Part shown: piece after piece, positions 28,636-42,246 of the stretch | Numbering within the stretch: the first letter of the stretch is position 1 | Layout of the letters: each line of letters begins with the position of its first letter | From: Lama glama | Lineage: Eukaryota | Direction of reading: 5' to 3' | Assembly: GCA_028534125.1 (NCBI GenBank) | Contig: CM052817.1 | Coordinates: 65,846,001 to 65,910,000, forward strand | Length of the DNA stretch: 64,000 bases | Program-made: the position numbers and the translations under genes | The notes under the pieces: generated by a model | What the model saw: only the letters and a program-made list of their open reading frames with translations | Told to the model about the DNA's origin: nothing | Databases searched by the model: none

Positions 28636-29789
28636 TTTCCTAAAGCACAGCTGGTCTTTGTTTAAGATGGGTGAGAGTTACCTTAAGAAACTATTCTCTC
28701 TATATTTTTATCTATTTGAAATGCTCCATTACAAAATTTTCTTTGAAAAAAAAGGCAAATTAAAGAGAAGGGTGGTTAGAATATGAATAACTCGAAAGGA
28801 GACCTTCCGTTTCCTTCTTCACCTTAGTTTTTCTTTACTTAACTCCCTGTCTGGTATTTACCCTCAACACATTCCCTAACTGACCCTGAGATGTCCTCCC
28901 AGGGCACAGTCCAGACACCTTGAACTCCATTTCTATCATGTTCCAAATCTTAAACCCTAGACCCGCAAGTGGTCTTCTTAAAGGGGATGAGTCCTCTGTT
29001 CCCAGAGCCCCAACAGCTCCTCTGCAAACTGTCTTTGAAGTTCTCCAGGGGAGCTGAGCAGACGGTGATGCCCTCTGCCAGGAATGGTTGGCAAAACCCA
29101 TGAGGAGATGAAGTTTTCCAGCTGGCTCCTTGCCACCGCCCAGCTGCACTTGTTATTTCTTCAGTGATTTTCAAAAATATTTTAGCACCATTGTGAGAGC
29201 ACCAAAGGGGAGGTAAAGGAAGCTCTCTGTACACAGGGATTGAGCAGTGCATTTTCTGTTGGTCAAATATGAAATAGGGATGAGGTTCAGGGAGTCAACA
29301 AGACTAGAGGAGAATCAAGAAAACAAGGATCATTCTATTTGTGTTTTCCCTCTTCTATTAGGCAAGGTTCTTTTAACATATCAATGCATTTTCACAATGG
29401 TTTAAAAATCCACTCAACTTGCTGCATTTATACATTGTCCCAACTCATTGTCAGTCTTCCCTTCTTCTGGTTTGTTTTTTTTTCCCTAACTTCTACAAAT
29501 CATTGCCAAGTACTTCAGAATACAAAGTCTTTGGGAATCACCCTGCCCAGAAATTTAATAACGAAAGCCAGTTAGTATTAGGTAAATTCCACTCTGTATT
29601 TGAAAACAGCAATCACGTTCTTTTAAATATTTGGAAAAAAGTAAATTTTAGTAGTAATCAAGTAAATGCAGAGGAAGGTGATATGTCACCTTCACCTCTA
29701 GATTGACAAGCAGCATCACAGGGATGATGAAAAGCCAGCGCACTTCAGGAGTACCAATAAGAGAGTGATTTCTCCTAAATTTTGTCTAG

Positions 29790-32700
29790 ACATTTCAGAG
29801 CTTTAGATATATATATTTAAGTCTATGGTCCATTTTAAGTGTGCGTGTGTTTGTTGCAAGGTATAGATCATATTCACTTTTTTATATGTGGATATCCGTT
29901 GTACTAGGATAATTTGCTAAACACTGTCTTTTACCACTGAACTGCCATTGTATCTTTGAGAAAATCGCTTGTCCATGTATCCATTTGTGTGAGTCTATTT
30001 GAGTACCCGCTCTTTTGTTTCATTGATTGGTTGTGTTTACACCAATACCATGATGTCTTGATCGCTGCAGCTTTATGGTAGGTCTTGAAATCAGGTAGTG
30101 TTAGTTTTCTGTTGTTGTAATGTGTTTGGTTTTGGTATCAGGGTAATGCTTGCCTCATAGAATGGACTGGGAAGTATTTACTAACCTTCAGGTTTCCGGA
30201 GGAGTTTGTATATAATTGGTATTAGTTAGTCTTTAAATATTTGGTAGAATTTCAGCAGAGAAGGCATCTGAAACTTGAAGTTGTCTTTGTGGTAAGGTTT
30301 TAACTAAAACTTCAATTTTTAAGATAAGTATAGGTCTGTGCGGATTATTTCTTCTTAAGTGAGCTTTGGTTATTTGCGCCTTTCAAAGAATTTGTCTATT
30401 TCATCCCAGTTGAAGAACTTATTGCCATAAAGTTGTTTACAAAATTTCCTTATCCTTTTAATATCTTTAGAATCTGTGGAGATGTCACTCCTCTCATTCC
30501 TAGTATCTTTTGTCTTCCTCCTATTTTTCCATATTAGTCTGTCTACAGGCTTACTAATTTTATGCATTTTAAAGAATCAGTTTTTCATTTCATTGATTTT
30601 TATATAAGTACTTTTTCTGTTTTCTATTTTACTTATTTTCACTTATTTATTATATCCTTTAATCTACTTACTTGGAGTTTATTTTCTCTTCTGTTTTTGA
30701 TTTCTTAAGGTAGAAGCTGAGGTCATTCACTTGAGACCTTTTTTGGGTGTTTAGTGCTCTCAACCCCCCTTTTGCTTCCATTGACCCATGGATTATGTAG
30801 AAGTACATTATTTACTTTCTAAACATTTGGGGATTTTCCAGAGATTTTAAAAAATTAATTTCTAATTTAATTCCATTGGGGCCAGAAATCATACTCTGTA
30901 TTACTGGAATATTTTTCATTTTATTGAGATTTGTTTCATGCTTCAGAATACAATCTGTCTTGATAAATGAGAATGTGTATTCTGCTCTTGTGGAGTGGAA
31001 TGTTCCATAAATGTCACTTAGGCCAAGTTTGTTGATAGTATTGTTCACGTTTTTACACCTTACTGATAGTTCTATCAATATTGAGAGAGCTATTGACATC
31101 CTTGATATCATTGCTAATCTGTCTTGTCTTCCTTGCAGTTCTGTTTTTGCTTCATCTATTTTTAAGCTTTATTATTAGTGTATCAACATTTAAGATTGTT
31201 ATGAGCTTTTGAAGAATTGAGTTTTTGTCATTGTGAAATAATCTTCTCATCCCTGGAAATATTTTTTGCTCTGAAATATTTTTTTTTCTGGTGTTAATAT
31301 AGCTCCTCCAGCTTTCATGTGATGAGTATTAGCATAGTATGCCCTTTTCTAGTCTTTTACTTTTTTTAAATTTTTAATTCATTTGTGTCTGTATATTTGA
31401 AGAGTGTGCCTTATATACAGCTTATAATTGTGTCTTGTTTTTTAAAATCTAATCTCTGACTTTTAATTGGAGTACTTAATTTACATTTTCTGTGATTAAA
31501 TTATTAGGCTTGAATCTATCATTTTACTACGTGCTTTCTATTTTTCCCATCTGCTTTTTGTTCTTTCTCTCCCTCTCTTTTTTTTTTTTTTGCCTCATTT
31601 TGGATTAATTGAATTTTTTATGATTTTATTTTATCTTATTTGTTGGCTTATTAGCTACAGTGTTTGCTTTGTGATTTTAGTGGTTGCCTTAGGGTTCACG
31701 CCATGCTTGTTTTACCTTATCCCAGTCTGCCTTAAGTGCCATTAAAATACTCCATGTACAGTATAAGGATCTTACCATATGTTTTCGTATCTTTTCTTCT
31801 GAGCTTTGTGCTATTGTTATCATACATTTTGCATGTATTTTAGACCCATCACTACATTATTATTATTTTTATTTAAACAGTCCATGACCTCATAGACAAT
31901 GTATTAATTAGAAAAAAACTGTACATTTGTTCATATAGTTACTATTATGAGACAATTCTTAATGAGTTTCCCCTATTTCTGAACATCTTGTGAGCAAAGG
32001 CACTAAAAGCTTTTTTCAGACTATCTTTCCAAGGAAGTTTATGTAATGAACAGCCTTTGATGAGACTAAAATGGTGTCTCCCTCTGGTACAGAGGGCATG
32101 AGTTTTTGCTATCTTTTATCCTGAAGGTAATGATTTCCTCCTGGACAAAGTTTGGTCAGATTTGCTTGCTGCCTATTAAAAATTGTATTTTACTACATTC
32201 AGGGTTTCTTACTTATGAGGAACCATGTGCATCACACATCTAGGTCAACCTGCTTTACCACACGGGCCTTGGATGGCATGGAGACCTGGCAAGAACACTT
32301 GCTGTGTTATGAGTAACAGAGTTCTTTGCCTCTGACCCAGGAGTCCTGTATATTTTGCCAGCACCCAGGAAGCAGTGGAAGGCTAACTAATTAACTTGCA
32401 AATAGAGCAAAAGCTCAGATCATTTCTAGTTCATGATAATTAGTATTTCTGGGCCTCTTCATTCCTTAATGTAGACCCAGATTTTCATCTGGTATCATTT
32501 TCCTTCTGCCCAAAGGACTTCCTTTAATATTTCTTGGCATGTGATGGATTCTGTCAGCCTTTGTATGGTCAAGAAGGTATTTTTTTCTGCTTTTCTGAAG
32601 GATATATTTGCTGAATATAGGATTCTAGAGATGAAGTTTTCTTTCTTTTTTAAGTTTCAGTACTTCTTAAAAACATCCTTCCACTATCTTCTTGCCTGTA

Positions 32701-33400
32701 TTGATTCTTATGAGACATTCGTTATTTATTTTTTTCTGTGCATAATATTTCTCTGGCTGCTTTTAAGATTTTTCTTTTAATGATTAGTTATGAGCAATAT
32801 TATTATTTTGATGTTCTTTTATTTATGATTTTTGTGTTTTGTATTAAGCTTCTTGCATATATAGGTTTATAATTTCTATCAAATTTAGAAGTTTTTGAAC
32901 CATTATTCTTCAATTATTTTTTGTCTCCTCCACTCCTCTCTCCCTTTTCTCTGTAGACTCAACTGCAGATATATTGAGCCTCTAGAGTTATCCCACAGTT
33001 CACAGATTCTCTTTCCATTTTCTTTTTCAAATTATTTTATTTGGGGTAGTTCCTATCATTATGACTTAATGCAGTGAATCTTTTCTTCTGCAATATGTAA
33101 TCTGCCCTTAATCCCAGTCAGCATAGGTTTTCAACTCACAGATTGTAGTTTCCATTTGCAGAGCTTTGAGTCTTTTGTTAACATCTTCTATGTCTTGATC
33201 TAATTTTGAACGTCTGGAATCAGGACCAGGACCAGGGTGAGACATGAGCTATGTCTGGGTCACAAGTTTTAAGAAGGCATTCACCCTCAGACGTGTGCAA
33301 GTCACTCTATTTGGAACACAGTTGTTACTGTTTTAATGCCCTTGTCTGCTAATTCTAATATCTGTGTCAGTTCTGTGTCTATTTCAATTGATTGATTGAT
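29790..33400 (-). mobile_element. Decayed L1M element (ORF1 and ORF2 remnants, internal deletions)
   Basis: ORF 30812-31111 is the endonuclease C-terminus (DIYGTFHSTRAEYTF ... NGIKLEIN). ORF 30370-30567 matches the post-endonuclease linker (KISKPVDRLI ... QLYGNKF ... EIDKFFE). ORF1 remnants at 32450-33200. Confidence 0.92.
31946..32438 (+). mobile_element. MER77/MER68/MER21-group solo LTR nested in L1
   Basis: gagacaattct ... tcttgtgagcaaaggcact ... ctctgacccaggagtc ... ggctaactaattaacttgcaa ... agttcatgata; L1 sequence resumes on both sides. Confidence 0.75.
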
Positions 33401-33579
33401 TGGTTGATTGATTTCCTCTTTCTAGATCATAAAAAGATCTGTAAGGTTGTATAGCAAAACCTGTTTATCTGTTTTGGGCAGTCATATTTCTTAATTTGAT
33501 CTCATTTATTTACATTTTTTACCCTATTTCATCAGTCACATATTTCTTATGAAGGTATATATCATGCAATGTTTGTTAA

Positions 33580-33690
33580 CATGTAATTTTGGGGAAAAAA
33601 ATCTTAAACTCACGGAAAAGTTGTAAAAATAACACAACAGACTCCCAAATATCCTTCCCCTTACTTGCCAGTTCTTAACATTTTTCCACA
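33580..33690 (-). mobile_element. Old L1 3'-terminal fragment
   Basis: aaactcacggaaaagttgtaaaaataacacaacagactcccaaatatccttc. Confidence 0.55.
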
Positions 33691-34354
33691 GAAAGTAAGT
33701 TGTAAATATTATTGTGAACTATTTTAATCATACTGGCACTTGTAAAGAATAATACATCAAATTGTGAACTCGGTCCTCAAAGCATGGACGACTACCCTCA
33801 TCTATGCCACTTACTGCGAATTCTTGCTACTGGCCAGAAAGCCTGCAGGGTAAGGTATGGAATGAGGAAAGTAAGTCCATCACTGCTATTCAGGGAAAAC
33901 AGCACTCTGTTGTGCTGGGGATAAGTTAGAACACACTCTTCAAATACAAATGAGAGCATAACTCTTGGAGATAAAAATAGTCCCTGCTTGTTCCTTTGGC
34001 AAAGCTTGTGCGATCAGTCTGTTCGCTTCCATCTGTAACTTCGTGCCTATGTGTTTCCTTTATCATAGTGTCGATTCCTCTTCAAACAACATAAGGCCAT
34101 GGGAATGTGGGGTTAAGGCAGGGAAGGAAGAAAGCCTTATGGACCAAAATATTTAAATTGGATGTCGCCAGGGTATTTCCCAAGTTGGAAATGACTAATA
34201 GAGAGAAATGATTTGGGGACTGGGCTCCTCTCCAGACAAGTTTTATAAGATCAGCTGTGCAGATTTACATTCTTCTGATTTTTTTCCCCCCTTGGAGACT
34301 TGAATCCTGAAGCTTTTGTTCAGCATCAGGAAAGGCAGTCTTAGAATGTCATTT

Positions 34355-34797
34355 GTAGTTGATGCCTGGAGCCTCTGTCAAAATCCCCGCAGCTCGGCTC
34401 TTTGTTTCAGCTGCCGTGGCCAGTTCTCTTTGCCCATAGGCTCACCTAAGTGTCAGTCCCCAAGCAAACAGATATCTTTCTGCATTCTGCCTTGTGCCCT
34501 TCTTAGACACAGCAGAAACTCCTGTGACCCACATGAAAACACAGAGCAAGAATCTTGGGGAGTTCATGTTCCCAGGGGCAGTCCTCAAACAATGGCAGTG
34601 GGTGGATAAATACTCCCATCTCTCAGCTTTCAAGGCCGCAGGTCTTGGAAGCATTGTGTACATCAAGACAGCATGGCATCCATCAGCAGTCTTTCAGTCT
34701 CAGCCTCACTGTTCCCTCACTCCTGCTTCCTGGGATGAGCTACCAGCATCCTAAGCCTTATCTCTGGCTCTGCTTTTGGGAAACACAAACTGAAACA
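34355..34797 (+). mobile_element. LTR16-like ERVL solo LTR
   Basis: ggtggataaatactcccatctctcag, ctcactcctgcttcctgggat, and terminus ggctctgcttttgggaaacacaaactgaaaca. Confidence 0.7.
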
Positions 34798-37700
34798 CCA
34801 TTCACTCCTTTGATGTAGTTAATGCCTGATTTACTGAAGGCGACTGGATTTAACTTTGTTTGTTTTACCAAATGCCCACAAGAGCAAGGATAATGGCTAT
34901 TTCATCTACCGCTTTATCTCCAGAGTCCAAAATAATCACTTGAGCAAAGAAATCCCTGGCTAAAAAAATAAATTAGTTAAGATGAGGCAAAAGAAAACCC
35001 ATTCCTTATTCATAATTTTAAGAAAATAACATGCACCCCTCTTGGAACTGCATAAATACTACTCAGGAATCCAGCTTCTGCCAATTGCTGTTGAATATGA
35101 GTGTGGAATAGAACGCTTTTCTGGGCTAGGAAAATTGTTTTTTAAACTGAACAAAATAGTATTTTTAAGGCTGAATGACTATTCTTATAAAAACATCTTA
35201 ATAAACCTTTAATTGCCTTCTTAGTTTCCCTACTGCCTGAATATTTAGCAAGTAGAGTTAGTAGGTATACCTAGACGTCTCACTTATATTTATAAATTTA
35301 TCTGTAGAGATGTAGTTGGATCTGTCTCCTTTTCACACCATAAAAATGTAAAACAGTGTGTTTCCACTTCAGTCAAGAGAAGATAATTTTGCTAAACCAA
35401 TTAGGTGGCTGGTTCTTGAGGCAATTTCCAAGCCTAACATGGAAATAACTGTGAGCTAGTTAATGCCGAGACTACGTCATCTTCCATGTCTAACCTAGTT
35501 TTCCCTCAAACTCTGATGAGAGCATTATTTCCTCCATCATTTCTTATTCCCTCTCATTTAAAAATGTCTTTTCGTGCTCTTAACTGTTGCTTCAGGTTTG
35601 TTCTGAGAATCATAGAAATCCTACAGGGATTTAGTTCTGCTTGTTTTTCAGTGAACTCAGAAAGTAAAACCCCTGTGCAACTTGCCCTGTAAAATGATGC
35701 GGACCTTCCTAATTGGACCAAATGTCAACAAGTAATTTTAGTTCAGCTTCTCTGATTCAAGTACTCTTTCTCCAACGCTATCAGAGGATTGTGTGCACCT
35801 GTGTGTGTGTGTCTGCGTGTCTGTGTTTGGGTGGGTGGATGCGAGGTGAGAGGAGCACTAGCCTCCAAGTTAAGGACATCTTTTGGAGTCCAACACTCTA
35901 TCCTGTGTCTCTTACCCCACTGTCGATGCCTTTTGATGACTTCTACAAACTGATCATTGCCTCCAAGTTATACATTTAGTTCACAATGGAAACTCCTGGT
36001 GATCTGGATTTTTCAGCTGCTCACAGACTACTGGTTACAACGCTGATCTTCAGGTAAACTCTCTGCATTTGGGTTTATTATTTATTTTTATGTCTTATTT
36101 TTGATCAGATTCCACTGTTTCCTCTCATATTCCTTCTTCCCATATTTCTTCCTAGCCTGTGGATAATCTTGTCTGGTATTTCTCTGTCATTTTATACTTT
36201 CTTACAATGTTTGGCAAGCAGGACACAAGACCATCAGCACTGCCTTCTTTCAAAGAGGGTTCGCATCCTTAAATGTCTCTTTTATTTATAGCAATATGGG
36301 TCCCATCACTTGCTCCAGGTTATATCCAAACTCAGATTTCTAAGGAATAAATTATAACTTGTTTCTAGTATGTCATATATCTCCCAGATGGCAGGAGATT
36401 ACTTGCCATTCATTCATTCTTTCATTCATTCAACTGGTATATAATGAGCACCTCGTTCCAGAAACAGATGGATTTTCTTTAAATAGCTTGGAAGTGAATG
36501 TGTATATTGAAATCTGGCAACCACCTCCGTTTTGTATGATATCAGCTTAATCAAAGTAAAATTTGATTTGGAAGCACAGGGGTTCGATTTGAAATAGATA
36601 GTGGCTATTTTTTAAAATGACTTTTTAAATATACAGTGTCAACTGGAGAGAGGCACTTTGAGGGAATGACATCAAGAAACCACGAGAAGGCCACAGGAGG
36701 GCCTATGATGGAGAATGAAGGTCAAGGTGAGGGAGGATGTTGCTGTGTTTTGATAGTGAGGGTTGAAAGATTGTGTTTGAGTGGGATGGGACTGTGAAAC
36801 CATTGATAAATGTTGAAGAAGCCAAGATAAAGCCTCCAATATGTGTATGGAAACTGCAATAACTTATTCCTCCAAGGCTCAGATTAAACAACATATATCT
36901 AAGACAAGGTGCTGTGGCTTCTGACTGCAGATTTTTGCTATAAATTTGCTAAGAATTAACCACTTTTTCAATTTCTATTTCCAAGGACGTATTCTACGTC
37001 ACTGACAAAATTTGCTCCAGTCTCTCCGTCAGAGCAGTGAGATTAGAAGGCAAAGTTTTAGACCTAGAGTCCCATTTTCATATTGCTTTGCATGTCTCCA
37101 GGAATCAAATTTTTCTAATAATTAGAATGGGATCTACTCATACTTGGACACTTCAGCAATTCTGCCTTCTAAGTTACTTGTCTGTAATTGGACCCAAAAT
37201 TGTGGTAGCCAAAAATGTTGTGCTATGTTTATTAACAAAAATGTGGGAATGACCATATAAATATTATTAAGAACAACAACAACAAAAAAAGGGAATGACA
37301 AAAGAACACAATATTATGTCAGTTTGATGCTGGAAACAGGTGACTTATAGAAAGTCTGAGTCTGGAGTGTGAATGACCAGTAAGGACTGGATGGGGCAGA
37401 GTTATGGGGAGGATGGACTGAGAGCAACCCAAGGAAGTGGACCTCAACAGACCTAGAAGAGCATAAAAATGTTTGATTTGGGGTAAGCATCTAGGAACAA
37501 GAACAATTAGCTCAGTGTTTTCAGGTGACTTCCTAAGTGTGGTAGAATAATTATTTTTCATAGTCCTTCTTTCAAGAACCAACAAGCTTGAGGAAATGGC
37601 TTTAATCACTGTGGCTATAAAACAAGTCATAGATGAGAAGTTAGGCTTCTGTGCTAAATTAAACCCAGCAACGTTCCATCTGTTTTTTTTCCAGCTACAA

Positions 37701-38889
37701 TCTCTATTGACAAAAGAGGCTTAATTTACACACAATATCTACTCCTTGCAAAAAAGCCTTGGTAATAGGAGGTCAAAAGCATTTGGTATGAAACTAATCA
37801 ACCACCTTTTCAGCACGTTCCCCAAAGCATCAGTTTTGCCTTAGGATAGGATTTGAGAGGGTTTCAAGTGGAAATGTTCTTTACAGGAGAAAAAGAATAT
37901 TGGAAAAGAAATTAAAACTGAGGGGAAAAAAGTTTCAGCACAGACGGCCTGGTTTGTGATGGGAAAAGAGGTCAGGTGTAATACAGCATTCCATTTCATT
38001 TCTAAAATGAAAAATGTCTGCGTATTGGCAAGAAAGTCTGGTCTTCTGATTTAGCCAAGGAGGTCAGGTCAAAGCTTTATCTTTTAAAGAAATAGATCAT
38101 GTAATTGGTTCCTTGGAAGTAATTGAAAGTTGGCATAACTGGAGAACCATTGCCCCTGAAGACTCTCTCCTCTTAAATTGAGCAAATGTCAGAACGAGAC
38201 ATTAAAAAGCTAATGTTTGTCTTCTAATTCTCAAAGACTTTATTGTGTGTGTTTCCCGTGGACTTGTGTACATGAACTTTCTTAGGCTTGGGTAAACGGT
38301 TCATACCAGGCTGCCTCCGACCACTGATCCCTTAAATGGAAGCAGCATTTCAGAAACTATTAGTGGACTTGAAATAGGGATTTGTAACTGCTCCAGACCC
38401 AATGTCCTCTTTTTCATAACAAGCATTTTTTTTGTTGTTATTAGTATCTGATTTTTGTTAGTTTTTTAAAAAACAGAAACATAATATATAACACAAATAA
38501 GGACCTTAATCGCTTTAAGCCCCACTTTGTCCTGTGACTGAACGTACCCATCACAGTTCTTTTTTGAGAATATTTGCCTTGACGTAATTTTGAGCTTTCT
38601 AGAAAAATATCACTAATTATGGCATTAGCAAAGTTTTGGGGAGGATAAAAGGATATTTTGCTATTTTGGCTTTTGATCATTCTTTAAAAAATATCCAATT
38701 AAAACACGTGCAGGGCTTTCAACATTCAAGTACTGCTAAAAGGCTTTCCACATAAGCAATCTTGCTACACTGTGTATCATCTTCCAGTCCTCAATACCTG
38801 CTCCTTAGAGATAATTCTTAACTATTAGCTGTTTACTCTGCTACATACCTAGATAGTTATATATACTATGCTTGTACTATTACTTCTTT

Positions 38890-39300
38890 CTGTAGCTTTA
38901 TTGAGGTGCCAGGCACTGTTACATGCTGAGAAGACAAAGAAAAGCAACAATTCTTACTGAAGTGCCAGGTGAAGATGAACAATTACACAACACATTAAAT
39001 GCTGACACAGAGGTAGTTCAGGATATTATGCATTTAGGAAGAAATGCCTGGTCCGAGTACTTAAGGCAAAATTGACATCTGCAAAGGGAAGTTTATTCCA
39101 CATTGAAGATGTACGAATAAAGATCCCGAGGCTTAAGGAAACCTGGTGTTTTCTGAGCTTGTTAAATGTCTGGCCTGGTTGAAGCTCATGGGGAAAGTGG
39201 GGGTAGATGGACTGGCAAGATTTAGATTGTGAACAGACTTACATGCCACCTTGAAAATGTTGGACTTAGTCTCATAGACAATGTGGAGATGTTGGCAAGA
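38890..39300 (-). mobile_element. L2 3' fragment
   Basis: tttattgaggtgccaggcactgtt ... tacatgccaccttgaaaatgttggacttagtctcatagacaatgtggag. Confidence 0.55.
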
Positions 39301-40291
39301 AACTTAGATGTCCCCAGCACTTGGTGTAAAATGATTTCAAAATACAACTTGACAAGTGTACCTTAAGATGGGAGTTTAGGTCAAATTTGTTCCGAGCTAA
39401 TATTATATAATAGTTTTGAGCTTTGTTAATTCAGTTGGAGACTCTTCTCAAGTGACATCTTCCATAGACTGCAATGTGCAAAAGTGCTGTTCTGGTTGAT
39501 GCAGAAAGTTCAGCCCCGTGACAACATCCCTGTAAACACAGTGTTCCAGGGAACAGTTCGCAAATCAAAGTTCTATCCTCCCAAGAGACTGAACAGGTAA
39601 ATGGGTATCTGGACGCTTACTATTGAAGGGTAACTTCAATATGATCTTCGAGGAGAGCTCCTTCTACTATGTTTAGAATAGCTCCCTCCACAAAGCATCG
39701 TTCCAAAGACGCTTGTGGCACTGAGTCGGGTCTGCCCAGATTTTAATGCTTCTAGTGAAGGGGAGGCACCCACATTCTCCTGCAGTTTGTTCTCTAGTTA
39801 CACAGCCTCAGCTTCTACTTTTATGATAAGTAGGCATTGTTCTGATTTAAGTGAGGTCTTTTGGAATAACCAACTCAATGTTAATAGCCATTATGTCTCT
39901 TTCTGTTCACCTTTTAAGTTTCTTCAGTCTGTCCTTAAAGCAGACCCTCTCCCCGGCTGGGTCTCCACACTCCCAAATGCATTCCAATTTGCCAGTGTTA
40001 CCTCTTGAAAATGTGATCACCAGGAATAGATACAACATTTCTTTCGCTACTTCTTGCCTCCCATTACTGTGTATGCAATTACTAAAAAAATATATCATGA
40101 AAAGTTTTCATCAGGGGCTTTTCTGGTTCGTGTTACCTTCAACTATATACAAAAGGAAGATCCCTGAAACAGAGTAGAATGGCATTACAAAGCAGCTCAG
40201 TGTTAAACCAGGCACTGTCTTCCTGTTTGACGGAGCACTGACATTTAGCAGCAAATCGAAAATTGACAGGCTGTCAAGACTGCCAGGCTTT

Positions 40292-40311
40292 TGTGTGTGT
40301 GTGTGTGTGTG
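40292..40311. repeat. (TG)n microsatellite
   Basis: About 10 TG units. Confidence 0.9.
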
Positions 40312-41332
40312 GAAAAAATAAGACCCTAGAACAATGAGAGGAATATAGCAGAGGCTCCATGTTTGTGGAATGAATAAAGCGAAAGGTCACCTACCACGGG
40401 AAAAGGACCTCTCTTTAGTCTCAGGATCTCAGATTTATCCAACTCAAGGGGCTTCCAGTCTTGAAGAAATTGTAGGTAGGCAAGGCAAGCTGAGAGGTTC
40501 CTGTTTCTCAACAGTGTGATAAGAGGGGTCCAGTGAGTGGGAGACATGAAGTAGTCAAGAAAAGTGTGAGACGTCGAAGTCACTGCCACTGTCCCTCCTG
40601 TGGGGCTGGCTTCACATCAGGGCCCTGGTTTCTAGGCAGAAAGACGGATGTGTCCTCAAGTTTATTGTTGCACATGGATGTGGCAGTGGTGGGAAGGGAA
40701 GAAGTGTTTCAGGACAAGCTGATTTGGGGGCTTCAGCATCGTCATGACACTCTCTGGCTCACGCTGCAAGACACTTCCCCTCTGATATGCTATCCTAGGG
40801 AGAGCCATGGTCTCTGTCCACAGAGGTTCCTCCCCTCCCCACTTTGTTCCCCTCATCATACAAGTTTAGAGTATGAAGACTTTTTCTTTTCTTCAAAAAG
40901 TATTTTAAAAGAATATAAGTGGAGGATATTTTAGATAGGAAAAACTGCTGACCTAGGGCCAGTCAAATTTAGCTCTTAATCCTTGAAAAGCTAGATAAGT
41001 TAGCACTGAGTTTGAACCCCATGAGATGTAAGTCACCTTGGGGATGAGTGAAGAGGGGCAGGGGACACGAGGCTGTATCTATGTGTGTGCGAGTGTGTGT
41101 GTGTGAACCAAAGATTCATGGGAATAAGCAACTTAAGAATTCAGAAGTTTCTCTGAAAGTGAAGGAGGTAGATCTAATAACTGATGATCTGGCAATGTCA
41201 CTGCTTTTAGAGAAATAACTTCAGTTTTACATTGATTTTTTTGATAGATGGAATTATTATGCAAAAATATACATTGTTACTTTCCTAACTACCGAGCAAA
41301 AAGACCAAGCAATACTCACATCAACTGCTTAT

Positions 41333-41352
41333 TTTAATGTCAAATGTTTATT
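41333..41352 (-). terminator. Distal polyadenylation signals (AATAAA 41352-41347, ATTAAA 41338-41333)
   Basis: Plus strand reads tttatt and tttaat. Downstream on the minus strand is tgtgagtattgcttggtctttttgct, a GU/U-rich element. Confidence 0.75.
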
Positions 41353-42240
41353 TCTATGCCATAGTTGCCTCAGCACAATTTGTAAAAGAAACGAATCCAA
41401 AAAAATGAATTTTTTTTTGTCAGGATATTTTCTCTGCAGTTTTAGGAAAGAAAATAAACACCTTGGTACCAGAATTACCATTTCTTTCATGTCATTCTAA
41501 TAAGTTGCATCTAAATATTTTCCTTGGTTTTTTTTTGTTTGTTTGTTTTATTGTTTTTTTTGGATGGAAAAATATCCACAGGAAAAACACATTTGAATTC
41601 ATCAAAATAAATTTGGGATAGTCTTTGTCAGAGAATATATCTAGATCATCTTTGTTTTGGTACACTATGTAACTAATTGCCATATTCTTATTATTTAGTA
41701 TAACAGGCATACTTTATTACACAAAACAAAAGGTACTGAAAATGAACAATGTTAGAAACAAACTGAAACTTGGTGTATCTTAACTCTTCAGGTGATTAGA
41801 TATTAGCTGAAGTGCCGGTATACAAATTTCATATCAATACAAATGCAATCTCTTCTGAACGCACTTAGTAGCGTAGTTAATTTTGATTTAGCAGATAGGG
41901 CATCTGATACAACTGAAACAACCTGATAACAATTTTTTTTTTCAATAAAAAGGAATGCTCTGGTTTCTAAACTGGCTCCCAAATTCAAGGGAGCCAGAAG
42001 ATGGCATTTACTCTTTAAATATATTTCTCTTGTCTGATTGCAGACACAAATCCACCAAGATTCTTATAGCGGAAGTAGGCACCACACCTTAGCTCACGAG
42101 GCCCCCAGAGAAGCCGGTTAAAGGAAATTGGTGATGCGTGGTGGTGGGCCCAGCACCTAGAAGACAGCGTGGTGGTTGTGCACGTGAATCCCTTCAGCAG
42201 ACTCAGGGAAAGGATGAGAGTTATTTAAGTTCATGCACAT

Positions 42241-42246
42241 TTTATT
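42241..42246 (-). terminator. Candidate proximal polyadenylation signal AATAAA
   Basis: Canonical hexamer at the point where the AU-rich UTR gives way to a more GC-rich block. Confidence 0.5.

Larger units (their letters stand above)
26050..28750 (+). mobile_element. Old L1MC/ME-type 3' region, interrupted by MITEs
   Basis: ORF2-end motif actggttgaataaaccatggtttgtccacatgatggagtactat and 3'UTR motif ggcctggggcaggaaatgtac ... ggaatatcttgtcatac; ends tatttgaaatgctccatt plus an A tract. Confidence 0.75.

Noticed and set aside
30370..31111. L1 ORF2-like peptides as a functional or domesticated gene
   Set aside because: Fragmentary, interrupted by stops and deletions, and lacking the RT core.
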